This document shows positions 27,023 to 35,526 of a DNA stretch of 64,000 bases, piece by piece. Origin of the DNA: Vicinamibacteria bacterium (lineage in GTDB: Bacteria > Acidobacteriota > Vicinamibacteria > Marinacidobacterales > Marinacidobacteraceae). The notes under the pieces were generated by a model. The model was not told the origin of the DNA. It ran no database searches and saw only the letters and a program-made list of their open reading frames with translations. Where the stretch lies: assembly GCA_964291235.2 (NCBI GenBank), contig OZ219815.1:480001-544000 (forward strand), in the 5' to 3' direction. Positions within the stretch are counted from its first letter, which is position 1; every line of letters starts with the position of its first letter. Position numbers and translations under genes: made by a program.

Positions 27023-27787
27023 TTACGGCGTCACGGTGAGCGAGACGGCTTCGTCCTCGCCGAGGAACTCGTCGTTCGAGTGGAAGAACCAGCTTCGCTT
27101 CGCCGGGAGCCGGAGCCCCCCGCTGCCGATCTCACCTTCCAGGTGGATGTACTCGCCGTCGTTCGCCGATTCGTCGTGGTAGAAGCGGTAGCCGACCAGC
27201 CGGGCGGTGTCCGGGTGGAAATAGAAGTACCAGGTATCCCCGCCCACCTCGGGGTCGTAGGTCACCCGGACCTTGAGCGCCTCCTGCCCGTCAAAGGAGT
27301 CCGCCACCGGCTCCGGGTCCACGATGGTCCCCGGATCGCGGAGCTTCATCGGCAACCCCCACACGAACAGGTAGTAGTTCCGGAGCCACATCACCCGCTC
27401 GGCATCGAGACCGTGCTCGGCAAAGGCTTCCTCGTCGAGGTCCTCGCTCCCGTCCACCGCGCGGCTCAGGATCTGTTCCCCGGCAACCGCAAAGGTCAGC
27501 GTTGCCGAGTCCGTCTCCCGGCTGACCTCCATCGCGCCGCTTCCCGGCGCCATCCCCACTTCGACGGCGCGGGTGACGCCGTTCGGCCGCGACTCCATGA
27601 TCCGGAGCGCGACCTCGCCGGTGTCCCAGCGGCCGTCCGGGTCGTGGTAGGCGATGGACTTCGCGATGAGCGCCTCGGCGGCGGAAACCGCCGGCGCTGC
27701 CGGCTCCGGCGCGGGAGGTTCGCCTCCGCAGCCCACGAAGATCCCGGCCAGCAGGACCGGCATCAGATTGGCTTTCGTTCGCATCAT
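27023..27787 (-). CDS. DUF6503-like lipoprotein
   Basis: Lipobox FVGC, KSIAYHDPDGRW, RNYYLFVWGLPMKLRDPGT, VTYDPEVGGDTWYFYF; ATGA overlap with the ALDH gene. Confidence 0.75.
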   Translation of the reverse strand: MMRTKANLMPVLLAGIFVGCGGEPPAPEPAAPAVSAAEALIAKSIAYHDPDGRWDTGEVALRIMESRPNGVTRAVEVGMAPGSGAMEVSRETDSATLTFAVAGEQILSRAVDGSEDLDEEAFAEHGLDAERVMWLRNYYLFVWGLPMKLRDPGTIVDPEPVADSFDGQEALKVRVTYDPEVGGDTWYFYFHPDTARLVGYRFYHDESANDGEYIHLEGEIGSGGLRLPAKRSWFFHSNDEFLGEDEAVSLTVTP

Positions 27788-29334
27788 GTTGTTCCTTCGC
27801 CGGGTGTTCCTTCGCCTGCGGACCCGAACTCGATGCCCTGGGCAAGCGGCAGGTCCTTCGACCAGTTGATGGTGTTCGTCTGACGGCGCATGTAGGCCTT
27901 CCAGGCGTCGGAGCCGGACTCCCGGCCGCCGCCGGTGTCCTTCTCGCCGCCGAACGCGCCCCCAATTTCGGCGCCCGAGGTTCCGATGTTCACGTTGGCG
28001 ATGCCGCAGTCGGAGCCCCGCGCCGAGAGAAACGTCTCCGCTTCCCGGAGGCTGTCCGTGAAGATCGCCGAAGAGAGTCCCTGCGGTACGTCGTTGTGTA
28101 GCGAGAGCGCTTCTTCCAGGGAGTCGGTCTCCAGCACGTAGAGGATGGGAGCGAACGTCTCCTCGGCCACCAGCGACGTCTGCGCCGACATCCGGACGAT
28201 GGCCGGTTCCACGTGGTTGGGGCCGATGTCCGGCCGCCGCCCCCCGCCACAGACGACGGCGCCGCCTTCGGCGGCCACCCGTTCCAGCGCTCCCTGCATC
28301 GCTTCGACGGCGTCGGCCGAAATCAGCGGACCCATCAGGGTGGCGGGATCGAGAGGGTCCCCGATCGGGACCTGCCGGTAGGCGTCGGCAAGCCGCTCGG
28401 TGAGCGGCCCGGCGATCTCCCGGTCGGCAATTACCCGGCGGGTGGTGGTGCAGCGCTGGCCGGTGGTGCCCACCGAACCGAAAACGATGGCCCGCACCGC
28501 GAGGTCGAGATCGGCGTTCCGGCTCACCACCACCGCGTTGTTGCCGCCGAGCTCCAGCAGGCAGCGGCCCAGGCGGCCGGCGACCTCGGTGGCGACCTTC
28601 CGCCCCACCCGGGTGGAACCGGTGAACGAGATCAGCGGCAGCCGGCGGTCGGCGGCCAGGTTCGCGCCGAGTGCACCCCCGCCGACGAGCAGGTTGAAGA
28701 CTCCCGGCACGCCGTGGTCGTCCATGACGCGGTTGGCGATGTTCTGGACGGCAACCGCACAGAGCGGCGTGTGCTCCGAGGGTTTCCAGATCACCGGATC
28801 CCCGCAAACCGCGGCGATGGCGGCATTCCAGGACCAGACCGCCATCGGGAAATTGAAGGCGGTGATCACTCCGACGGGCCCGAGTGGGTGCCACTGCTCG
28901 AACATCCGGTGGCCGGGCCGCTCGGATGCCATCGTCAACCCGTAGAGCTGGCGGGAAAGTCCCACCGCGAAGTCGCAGATGTCGATCATCTCCTGGACTT
29001 CGCCGTGTCCTTCGGCCCGGATCTTTCCGGCTTCGAGCGCGATCAGGTCGCCGAGCGGTTCCTTATCCTCGCGGAGCGCGCTCCCCAGATCGCGCACCAG
29101 GTCCCCGCGCTTGGGGGCCGGGAGTTCGCGGAGCGCACGAAACGCCTGCGCCGCTTCGGCCACCACCTGCTCCGCCGCCGGAACGTCGGCGGGGATGACG
29201 GCGGCGATGGACTCCCCGGTGGAAGGGTTCCGGGAGACGAGCGGCGCCTCTCCCGTGAGAATCCAGCCCTCCGGGCCGGTGCAGGCGCCGGGTGCGCCCT
29301 CCCCGAGTCCCAATCGATCCAAGACGGTATGCAT
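27784..29334 (-). CDS. Aldehyde dehydrogenase family 7 (antiquitin / piperideine-6-carboxylate dehydrogenase-like)
   Basis: GEVQEMIDICDFAVGLSRQL, ITAFNFPMAVWSWN, LELGGNN, GQRCTT, DCGIANVNIGTSGAEIGGAFGGEKDTGGGRESGSDAWK. Confidence 0.93.
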   Translation of the reverse strand: MHTVLDRLGLGEGAPGACTGPEGWILTGEAPLVSRNPSTGESIAAVIPADVPAAEQVVAEAAQAFRALRELPAPKRGDLVRDLGSALREDKEPLGDLIALEAGKIRAEGHGEVQEMIDICDFAVGLSRQLYGLTMASERPGHRMFEQWHPLGPVGVITAFNFPMAVWSWNAAIAAVCGDPVIWKPSEHTPLCAVAVQNIANRVMDDHGVPGVFNLLVGGGALGANLAADRRLPLISFTGSTRVGRKVATEVAGRLGRCLLELGGNNAVVVSRNADLDLAVRAIVFGSVGTTGQRCTTTRRVIADREIAGPLTERLADAYRQVPIGDPLDPATLMGPLISADAVEAMQGALERVAAEGGAVVCGGGRRPDIGPNHVEPAIVRMSAQTSLVAEETFAPILYVLETDSLEEALSLHNDVPQGLSSAIFTDSLREAETFLSARGSDCGIANVNIGTSGAEIGGAFGGEKDTGGGRESGSDAWKAYMRRQTNTINWSKDLPLAQGIEFGSAGEGTPGEGTT

Positions 29335-29370
29335 GTCGCCCGTATCGTAAGGCGCGTCCTGACTGGCGGC

Positions 29371-31521
29371 TTACTCGAGGACCTGGTAGCCGGGTTCGTC
29401 CTCCACCACCAGGATCCGCTGGTTGGCGGGAACGTTCCGGAGCACCCGGTGACCGCCGCCCGGCCAGCGAATGGTGACCTCGGCAACGGTCTGATGCTGC
29501 CCCAGGCCGAACTCCAGGATCGGACTGGGCGTCACGCCGAAGCCCCCGCCGATCGCGACTTCCTGCAACTGGACCGGTGCATCCGGCGCATCGGTGACCC
29601 GCAGCGTCACCCGGGCGCCCACCGCGTCGGGGTGGAGGCGCGAGGCGCGCAGCAGAATGTGGAGCCAGCCGTTCGGATGCGGCAACTGCGCGGCCGGATT
29701 GCGGTAGAAGCGACTCCGCTGCCGGTCGCCCGGAAAGGCCCCGCCGATCGGGACGAAGAGATCGAGATCGCCGTCGTGGTCGGGATCCGCGAAGGTGGCG
29801 CCGTGCCCCTTCCCGAGATCGTCCACCCCGGCCGAGGCGCTGACGTCGGCAAACGTCCCGTCACCGAGGTTGCGGAACAGCCGATTCGGTTCGAACCGCT
29901 CCATGGGCGGCGCCCCGGCGCCGATGAAGATGTCCAGCCAGCCGTCGTTGTCGTAGTCCCCGAAGGTTGCCGCCATCGCGCCGAGGTTCCAGGAGAGCCC
30001 GGCTTCCGCGGTGACGTCGGTGAAGCCGCCGTCCTGGTCGTTGCGGTAGAGCGCCAGCCGGCTGCCATCGCGGACCGCCCTTCCCTCCTGCTGGCTCTGC
30101 AGCGCCGTCTCCATGTCGGAGGTGAAGCCGACGACCAGAATGTCGAGCCAGCCGTCGCCATCGTAGTCAAAGAAGAACCCGACGAATCCCTCCTGCGGGG
30201 CGCGGAGCCCCGCCACGGCGGTGACATCCTCGAACCCCGCGCCCTCCAGGTTGCGGTAGAGCACCGGGCGGTCGAAGAAGTTCACGACCAGCAGGTCCGG
30301 CCAGCCGTCGCCGTCGTAGTCCCCGAAGGCCGAGCCGACGGAACGGCCGTGGTCCGCCACCCCCATCGCCGCGGCTCGCTCGACGAAGCGGCCCTCGGGG
30401 GCGCCCAGGAAGAGTTCGTTGGGGGCGCCGCCCCGGGTGGCCACCCCGTTCGCCACGTAGAGGTCGAGAAGGCCGTCGCGGTTCACGTCGGCGACCGAGG
30501 CGGTAAACGCGTCCGCCGGGCTCGCGACGCCCGCCGCCGCGGACACATCCACGAAGCGGCCCCCGTCGTTGCGGTACAAGCTGTTCTCGTCGTCGCCGTC
30601 CCAGCCGTCGCGGGTGATGTACAGATCGGGATCACCGTCCCGGTCGTAGTCGAAGAAAAGGCCCGACCAACCGCCGCGCGGGTCGAAGAGCGCCGCGTCG
30701 AGAGCGGCCGGCGCAAAGGTCGCCTCGCCATCCTCGCGAAGACGATTTCGGTAGAGCGCGTGCGGATCCCGGATGCCGAGGGCCAGCAGGTCCAGGTCCC
30801 CGTCTCCGTCAACGTCCGCCCAGCCGCTGGCCCGCGCCCGCGACCAGCGCTCGATCCCGACCGCCGCCGACACCTCCTCGAACGCGAACGGAGAGTCCGC
30901 CCCGCGACTCGGGATCTCGAGCCGATAGCGGTCCGGAAGCGATGCCGGATCGTCGCCCGCTTCCCCGGCGGCGACCATCAGGTTCCAGCGCGGCTCGAGC
31001 ATCTCGGGCTCGAGGTCCACCGCCTGGCGTAGCGCGGCCGCCGCGGGCCCGGGAGCGCCCATCCGGAGCAGGGTGGCTCCGAGCGCCCGGAGGGTGGTGG
31101 GGCTGTCGGGCGTCTCCCGGAGCACCACCTCGAAGTCGGCGGTGGCCGCCGCGTAGTTGCCGAGTCGTAACTGGGCAATGCCGCGCCAATGGAACTGGCG
31201 CGGATTCGAGCCGTCGAGCGCTATGGCGCGGGAGAGGTGGTAGTCGGCGAGGCGCAGGCTGGTGTAGCCGCGCTGGATGTAGGCGAGACCCACGTAGAAA
31301 TGTGCCCCCACATGATCCGGGTCCAGCGCGACGGCGTACTGGAAGAGTTCGATCGCGCGGTCGTTGTTCCGGAGCCCCACCATCCGGAGGCCGTGCTGGA
31401 AGTGCTCCTCGGCCGCCGCCTCGCGGATGTCCGGGGCACCATCCTGACCCGCTCCGGGAACCACCGGCAGCGCCGCGAACAGGAGCGCGAGCGCCAGCCG
31501 CTTCGGGAGCGGGGCTTTCAC
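29371..31521 (-). CDS. TPR + FG-GAP repeat / ASPIC-UnbV (CRTAC1-like) exported protein
   Basis: N-terminal TPRs, multiple DxDxDGxxDL repeats, C-terminal AVGARV...LEFGLG...IRWPGG ASPIC domain. Confidence 0.9.
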   Translation of the reverse strand: MKAPLPKRLALALLFAALPVVPGAGQDGAPDIREAAAEEHFQHGLRMVGLRNNDRAIELFQYAVALDPDHVGAHFYVGLAYIQRGYTSLRLADYHLSRAIALDGSNPRQFHWRGIAQLRLGNYAAATADFEVVLRETPDSPTTLRALGATLLRMGAPGPAAAALRQAVDLEPEMLEPRWNLMVAAGEAGDDPASLPDRYRLEIPSRGADSPFAFEEVSAAVGIERWSRARASGWADVDGDGDLDLLALGIRDPHALYRNRLREDGEATFAPAALDAALFDPRGGWSGLFFDYDRDGDPDLYITRDGWDGDDENSLYRNDGGRFVDVSAAAGVASPADAFTASVADVNRDGLLDLYVANGVATRGGAPNELFLGAPEGRFVERAAAMGVADHGRSVGSAFGDYDGDGWPDLLVVNFFDRPVLYRNLEGAGFEDVTAVAGLRAPQEGFVGFFFDYDGDGWLDILVVGFTSDMETALQSQQEGRAVRDGSRLALYRNDQDGGFTDVTAEAGLSWNLGAMAATFGDYDNDGWLDIFIGAGAPPMERFEPNRLFRNLGDGTFADVSASAGVDDLGKGHGATFADPDHDGDLDLFVPIGGAFPGDRQRSRFYRNPAAQLPHPNGWLHILLRASRLHPDAVGARVTLRVTDAPDAPVQLQEVAIGGGFGVTPSPILEFGLGQHQTVAEVTIRWPGGGHRVLRNVPANQRILVVEDEPGYQVLE

Positions 31522-31541
31522 GCCGGGGACGATACGCGAAA

Positions 31542-31569
31542 GGGGCGGGGGCCTTCCGGCCCCCGCCCC
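31542..31569 (-). terminator. GC-rich hairpin after the TonB-dependent receptor gene
   Basis: GGGGCGGGGGCC-GGAA-GGCCCCCGCCCC followed by TTTC on the minus strand. Confidence 0.7.
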
Positions 31570-31590
31570 GAAGTGCTCTCGCGCGACAGG

Positions 31591-34422
31591 TCAGTAGGTG
31601 ATCTTGACGCCGATCATGAGCCGGCGGGGATCCACGAAGCGCTCGCCGATCCCGAACACGCTTGAACCAAAGGTTTGGGACGCTACGTCTTCGGGGGATG
31701 TCGCATTCATCAGGTTGAGCGCGTCCACGAACACCTCGAACCGGGTCGTTTCCGCGAGGAATGTGGTCCTCGAGATCCGGAAGTCCAGGAGGTTCTGGTC
31801 GTCGAGCCGCTGCGACCCAGGGCTCTCGAGAAAGATGTTCTGTCCGCCCTGCGGCAGTACGTCTCTCTCCACCCGGCCGCGCGCCGCCCACGGCTTGCCG
31901 TTGAAGTAGGCGTAGTTCCAGCCGAACAGGATGTCGTAGGGCAGGAGCAGCGTCCCGGTGACCCGGAAGGTGTGGGTCCGGTCGTTCAGCAGGTTCCCCT
32001 CCGCGTTGATGAACTGGTTCGGATCCCGGGCCAGCGAACTGTTGTACACCCGGGTGGTCTGGCTGGATGCCGCCCCGAAGCCGCTGGAAGGCAGGAGCCC
32101 GTAGGCCTTCGAATATACGTAGGAGATCTGCGCCTGCCAGTTGTCGGACATCCGCTTGTCGAGGCCGAATACGAATCCGTTGTAGTCCATGTACATCGGA
32201 TCGCAGCGGTAGGAAACTCCCTGGCAGTCCACGTTGCTCAGCCGGTAGTAGCGGACGTTGGGGTCCGAGGTGATCGGATAGACGTCAATGGTCTGGCCGT
32301 TTTCGAAAGTGTGCGACGCCGTCGTGTAGGTGGCGTTGTCCACGTTCCAACCGAGCAGGTCGTTCTGGTCCTTCCGGACGTAGGTGAAGTTGAAGGCGAG
32401 GCTGGTGCCGAGCTCCCGGTCGAAGCCAATGGACAGCTGGTCGGTGACCGGAGACCGCGAGTTGGCGTCGTACCCGACGTCGGTGCTCGGCTCGTACTTC
32501 GGCCCTTCGATGTCGTACATCCCGGTGTCCTCATTCCAGTAGAACTCCTGCTGGCTTCCCTGCCCGGGATGGAGACTGTGTAACTCGCCGGTGATGGCGG
32601 TCCGGTAGAAACGCCCCCAGTTACCGCGCAGAACGGTCTTCCCATCGTCGTCGAGCCGGACGTTGAAGCCGAGCCGCGGCCCAATGTTTGTCCAACTGAA
32701 CTGCTCCCCGGCGCCGGCAACGGTTCCGCGCTCGTCGAAAGTGAGCGCCACGAGATCGTTCACGATCAAGTCGTCCACGTCCTGGCTGAGGCCACGCACC
32801 GTCTCGAAGCGCACCCCGGCGGACACGGTGGCGCGGCTCCCGACGTTGATGACGTCTTCCACGTACGCCGCTGTTTCCTTGAACTGCCCCCCGATGTTGT
32901 AGGTGGTGCCGGTGATGATCCCGTAGGGACTGCCGTCGCCGTTGACGTAGTAGCGGACGCCGCCCGGATAGTTGGGGCCGGGGACGTAGCCGCCGTGGAT
33001 GCTGTGAGAGCCGTCCACGTAGTTGACACCGAACTTGAAGTCATGGTCCGCGCCCAGCCAGTCGCTCGCGAAATGGCTGACCTTGGCCTTCACGTCGGTG
33101 CGCGCCTGCTTGAAGATGTCGTACCACGGCGTCCCGCCGTAGTGGAAGCCGTTGTCGATGTCGAGGGTATTGGGAACTCCCGGGTTGTTCGACTCGCTCA
33201 GATCCCGCGGCGAGTAGAAACCCGAAACCCCCACCTCATAGAAGGTCTCGGAGGTCAGGACGTGGGTGATGCGACCGAAGGTCACCGAAGGGTTCTTCCC
33301 GCTGAAGGTCGCGGCCGCCGAGAAGGGGCGGGTCACCGACGGCGTCTGGGGAATCACCCAGATGTCGTCGTGGTAGGTGTGCATGAACTTGACGTTCGGG
33401 GTGATATCCGCCGTCAGCTTCCAGAACATGCGGTGGGCGCCGAACTTCCGGGGGAACTGCGGATCCGCCCCGGGCTGGGTGTCCCAGTCCTGCTGGTACT
33501 GGTAATTGGCGTAGAGCCACGCCCGGTCCCGGATGATCGGCCCACCGCCGTGGATCGTGTAGTCGTCGTAGCGATCCCGGTTGTACCCCCAACCGTTCGG
33601 ATCCTCGTCGCCGTCGGCGTTGAGCTTGATGGGTTGTGTGGTCAGCGAGCTGTGCTGCTTGTAGGCCGCGCCGGTGAAGGTGAAATCGTTCGTCCCCTGC
33701 TTGGTCACCACGTTGAAGACGGCGCCCGCCGCGCTGCCGTGCTCGGCCGAAGCGCCGAGGGAAACGATCTCCATTTCCTCGATCAGGTCGGTGGCGGGCC
33801 ACGGCCACGCGGCACCCGACACCGGAGCCGTGAAGTCCACCCCGTCCATGAGGTACTTGTTCTCGTCCACTCCGGAGCCGAACGCCGAGACGCGGCTGCT
33901 GGTGCCGCTCGTCGGGTTCGTGGCCGACATACCGGGGGCCGACTTCGTGAAGTCGAAGAAGCTGAACCGGCGGAGCGGGGTGTTCTCCATGTACTCGCTC
34001 GAATAGTTTGTGGATACCCCGGACTTCCGGGTGTCTACCACCGGGGTCTCACCGGTGACCGTCACGGTTTCGGCGACGGTGGCGAGGTTGAGGGAGACAT
34101 TCCTTTCCACGGTGCCACCGACCAGCACCTGCATCCCTTCTTCGATATAGGTGCCGAAACCGGTGAGTTCCACCCGGAGGGTGTAGTCGCCGGGAGGCAG
34201 GTTGGGGAAACGGTACTGGCCCGAAGCGTTGGTCACCGCCGAGCGGGGACCCCCGGGAAGCTGTTCCGAGGAGACGCTCACCGTCGTCCCCGGAAGCACG
34301 AGTCCCTGGTCGTCGGAGACGCTCCCCAGAATCGTGCCGGTGATCTGGCCAAACGCGGAGGTGGCGCCAAGGACGAGTCCGAGCGCCAGCAGGCCTCCGA
34401 TTAGCTTACGAGTGTTGATCAT
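31591..34422 (-). CDS. TonB-dependent receptor (Oar-like, with carboxypeptidase-regulatory N-terminal domain)
   Basis: Signal peptide, GTILGSVSD..G.VLPG, ETVTVTG, FNVVTKQGTNDF, PRLGF, and a C-terminal PRRLMIGVKITY barrel signature. Confidence 0.9.
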   Translation of the reverse strand: MINTRKLIGGLLALGLVLGATSAFGQITGTILGSVSDDQGLVLPGTTVSVSSEQLPGGPRSAVTNASGQYRFPNLPPGDYTLRVELTGFGTYIEEGMQVLVGGTVERNVSLNLATVAETVTVTGETPVVDTRKSGVSTNYSSEYMENTPLRRFSFFDFTKSAPGMSATNPTSGTSSRVSAFGSGVDENKYLMDGVDFTAPVSGAAWPWPATDLIEEMEIVSLGASAEHGSAAGAVFNVVTKQGTNDFTFTGAAYKQHSSLTTQPIKLNADGDEDPNGWGYNRDRYDDYTIHGGGPIIRDRAWLYANYQYQQDWDTQPGADPQFPRKFGAHRMFWKLTADITPNVKFMHTYHDDIWVIPQTPSVTRPFSAAATFSGKNPSVTFGRITHVLTSETFYEVGVSGFYSPRDLSESNNPGVPNTLDIDNGFHYGGTPWYDIFKQARTDVKAKVSHFASDWLGADHDFKFGVNYVDGSHSIHGGYVPGPNYPGGVRYYVNGDGSPYGIITGTTYNIGGQFKETAAYVEDVINVGSRATVSAGVRFETVRGLSQDVDDLIVNDLVALTFDERGTVAGAGEQFSWTNIGPRLGFNVRLDDDGKTVLRGNWGRFYRTAITGELHSLHPGQGSQQEFYWNEDTGMYDIEGPKYEPSTDVGYDANSRSPVTDQLSIGFDRELGTSLAFNFTYVRKDQNDLLGWNVDNATYTTASHTFENGQTIDVYPITSDPNVRYYRLSNVDCQGVSYRCDPMYMDYNGFVFGLDKRMSDNWQAQISYVYSKAYGLLPSSGFGAASSQTTRVYNSSLARDPNQFINAEGNLLNDRTHTFRVTGTLLLPYDILFGWNYAYFNGKPWAARGRVERDVLPQGGQNIFLESPGSQRLDDQNLLDFRISRTTFLAETTRFEVFVDALNLMNATSPEDVASQTFGSSVFGIGERFVDPRRLMIGVKITY

Positions 34423-34491
34423 CAACGAACCCCCCAAGGAAGGCTGAGTGAAGTCGTGAATCCGTCCCGACCGGACGGAAGCCAATCCCGA

Positions 34492-34520
34492 ACGGTATGA
34501 ACTCGTGGTCGAGGTGTCAA
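34492..34520 (-). promoter_or_regulatory. Sigma70-like promoter for the TonB receptor
   Basis: Minus strand TTGACA-N17-TACCGT. Confidence 0.6.
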
Positions 34521-34602
34521 ACGGGCGGTGCCGGGAATCGTGGGTCCTCGTTGCAGCATCCGGCCGCGTGTTGCGCCGCAGGGGTGCGGTACGCCGGATC
34601 CG

Positions 34603-34795
34603 CTAGACAGCACTCTCCGGCACGAGCCGCAGCCGTTCGCAGTGCGCGGGCCGGACGACGCCGAAGTGCCGGCGGTCCAGGGTTGCCACCTTCGTCTCGC
34701 CCAGAGCCTCGCAGACCGCGATCACCGCGGCATCCACGAAACCCAGATCGAGATCGCCGTACCGGTGCGCCAGATCGACGGCGCGCAGCCGCTCC
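34603..34795 (-). pseudogene. C-terminal remnant of a PIN/VapC toxin
   Basis: RAVDLAHRYGDLDLGFVDAAVIAVCEALGETKVATLDRRHFGVVRP is a PIN C-terminal half. The N-terminal DT motif and start are missing. Confidence 0.75.
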
Positions 34796-34838
34796 CCGTG
34801 CCCCGAGTTCGGCGACTTCCCCGCGGTTGGGACGCGCC

Positions 34839-35198
34839 TCAGAACGCGAACGGCTCCTCTCGCACCATCGTCGCCTCGCAGCCGAGCGCGGTGTTGAGCG
34901 CCTGGCAGACGTCGAACATCCGACCCGGCCCAAGATGGCCGATCCATTGGTGCAGATCGGTGCGCCGCACGGTGTGAACATGGTCGAGATTCACCACGCT
35001 GTCCTGTTTCAGACCTTCGAAGGTTCCCACGCGTACCTCGCTTCGGATACCCCGAATCGTGGTCATGACGGGCGCCACCACCACGGTGTGCATCCGGTTC
35101 ACGACGTCGTCGCGCGTCAATACGAGCACCGGCCGCCGGCGGTCGGGAGCGCCGAACCGATGGAGCCAGAGGTCTCCGCGCCTCAGGGTTCGGGCCAC
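34839..35198 (-). CDS. mazF: PemK/MazF family endoribonuclease toxin
   Basis: RRGDLW...RRRPVLVLTRD...VVVAPVMTTIRG...SVVNLDHVHTV; GTG start overlaps the antitoxin 3' end. Confidence 0.9.
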   Translation of the reverse strand: MARTLRRGDLWLHRFGAPDRRRPVLVLTRDDVVNRMHTVVVAPVMTTIRGIRSEVRVGTFEGLKQDSVVNLDHVHTVRRTDLHQWIGHLGPGRMFDVCQALNTALGCEATMVREEPFAF

Positions 35199-35422
35199 GG
35201 GGCCCCCGCCTCCACCCAGCCTTCGAGTTCCTCCTCGATCGGTGGGAAATCGGGTCCATAGCCGCGGGCGTATTCCTCGGCGATCGTTTTTTCCTCGCGG
35301 CGACGAAGGTAGCCCTCCGCGATCCGCCGAACGACCTCGGAACGGCCCAGCTCGCGCACGAGCTCGTCCGCATCGAAACGTGCAAGCAGGTCCTCGGAGA
35401 AGTTGATCTGCACAGCCTTCAT
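35183..35422 (-). CDS. Ribbon-helix-helix (CopG-like) antitoxin
   Basis: MKAVQINFSEDLLARFD...GRSEVVRR...EEYARGY; directly upstream of mazF. Confidence 0.85.
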   Translation of the reverse strand: MKAVQINFSEDLLARFDADELVRELGRSEVVRRIAEGYLRRREEKTIAEEYARGYGPDFPPIEEELEGWVEAGAPWPEP

Positions 35423-35468
35423 GTGGATAAATTACCACAGAGACATGTGGATGATATACAACATCCAC
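35421..35468 (-). promoter_or_regulatory. Operator repeats and probable leaderless promoter of the RHH-MazF operon
   Basis: Inverted repeat GTGGATG-N8-CATCCAC plus further ATCCACA copies; extended -10 TGG-TAATTT 6 nt before the ATG. Confidence 0.6.
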
Positions 35469-35526
35469 GCCCGCGCCAATCACCGGCGCGGCGAGGCTCG
35501 GGCGATACTCGGGCGATAATCGCCGC

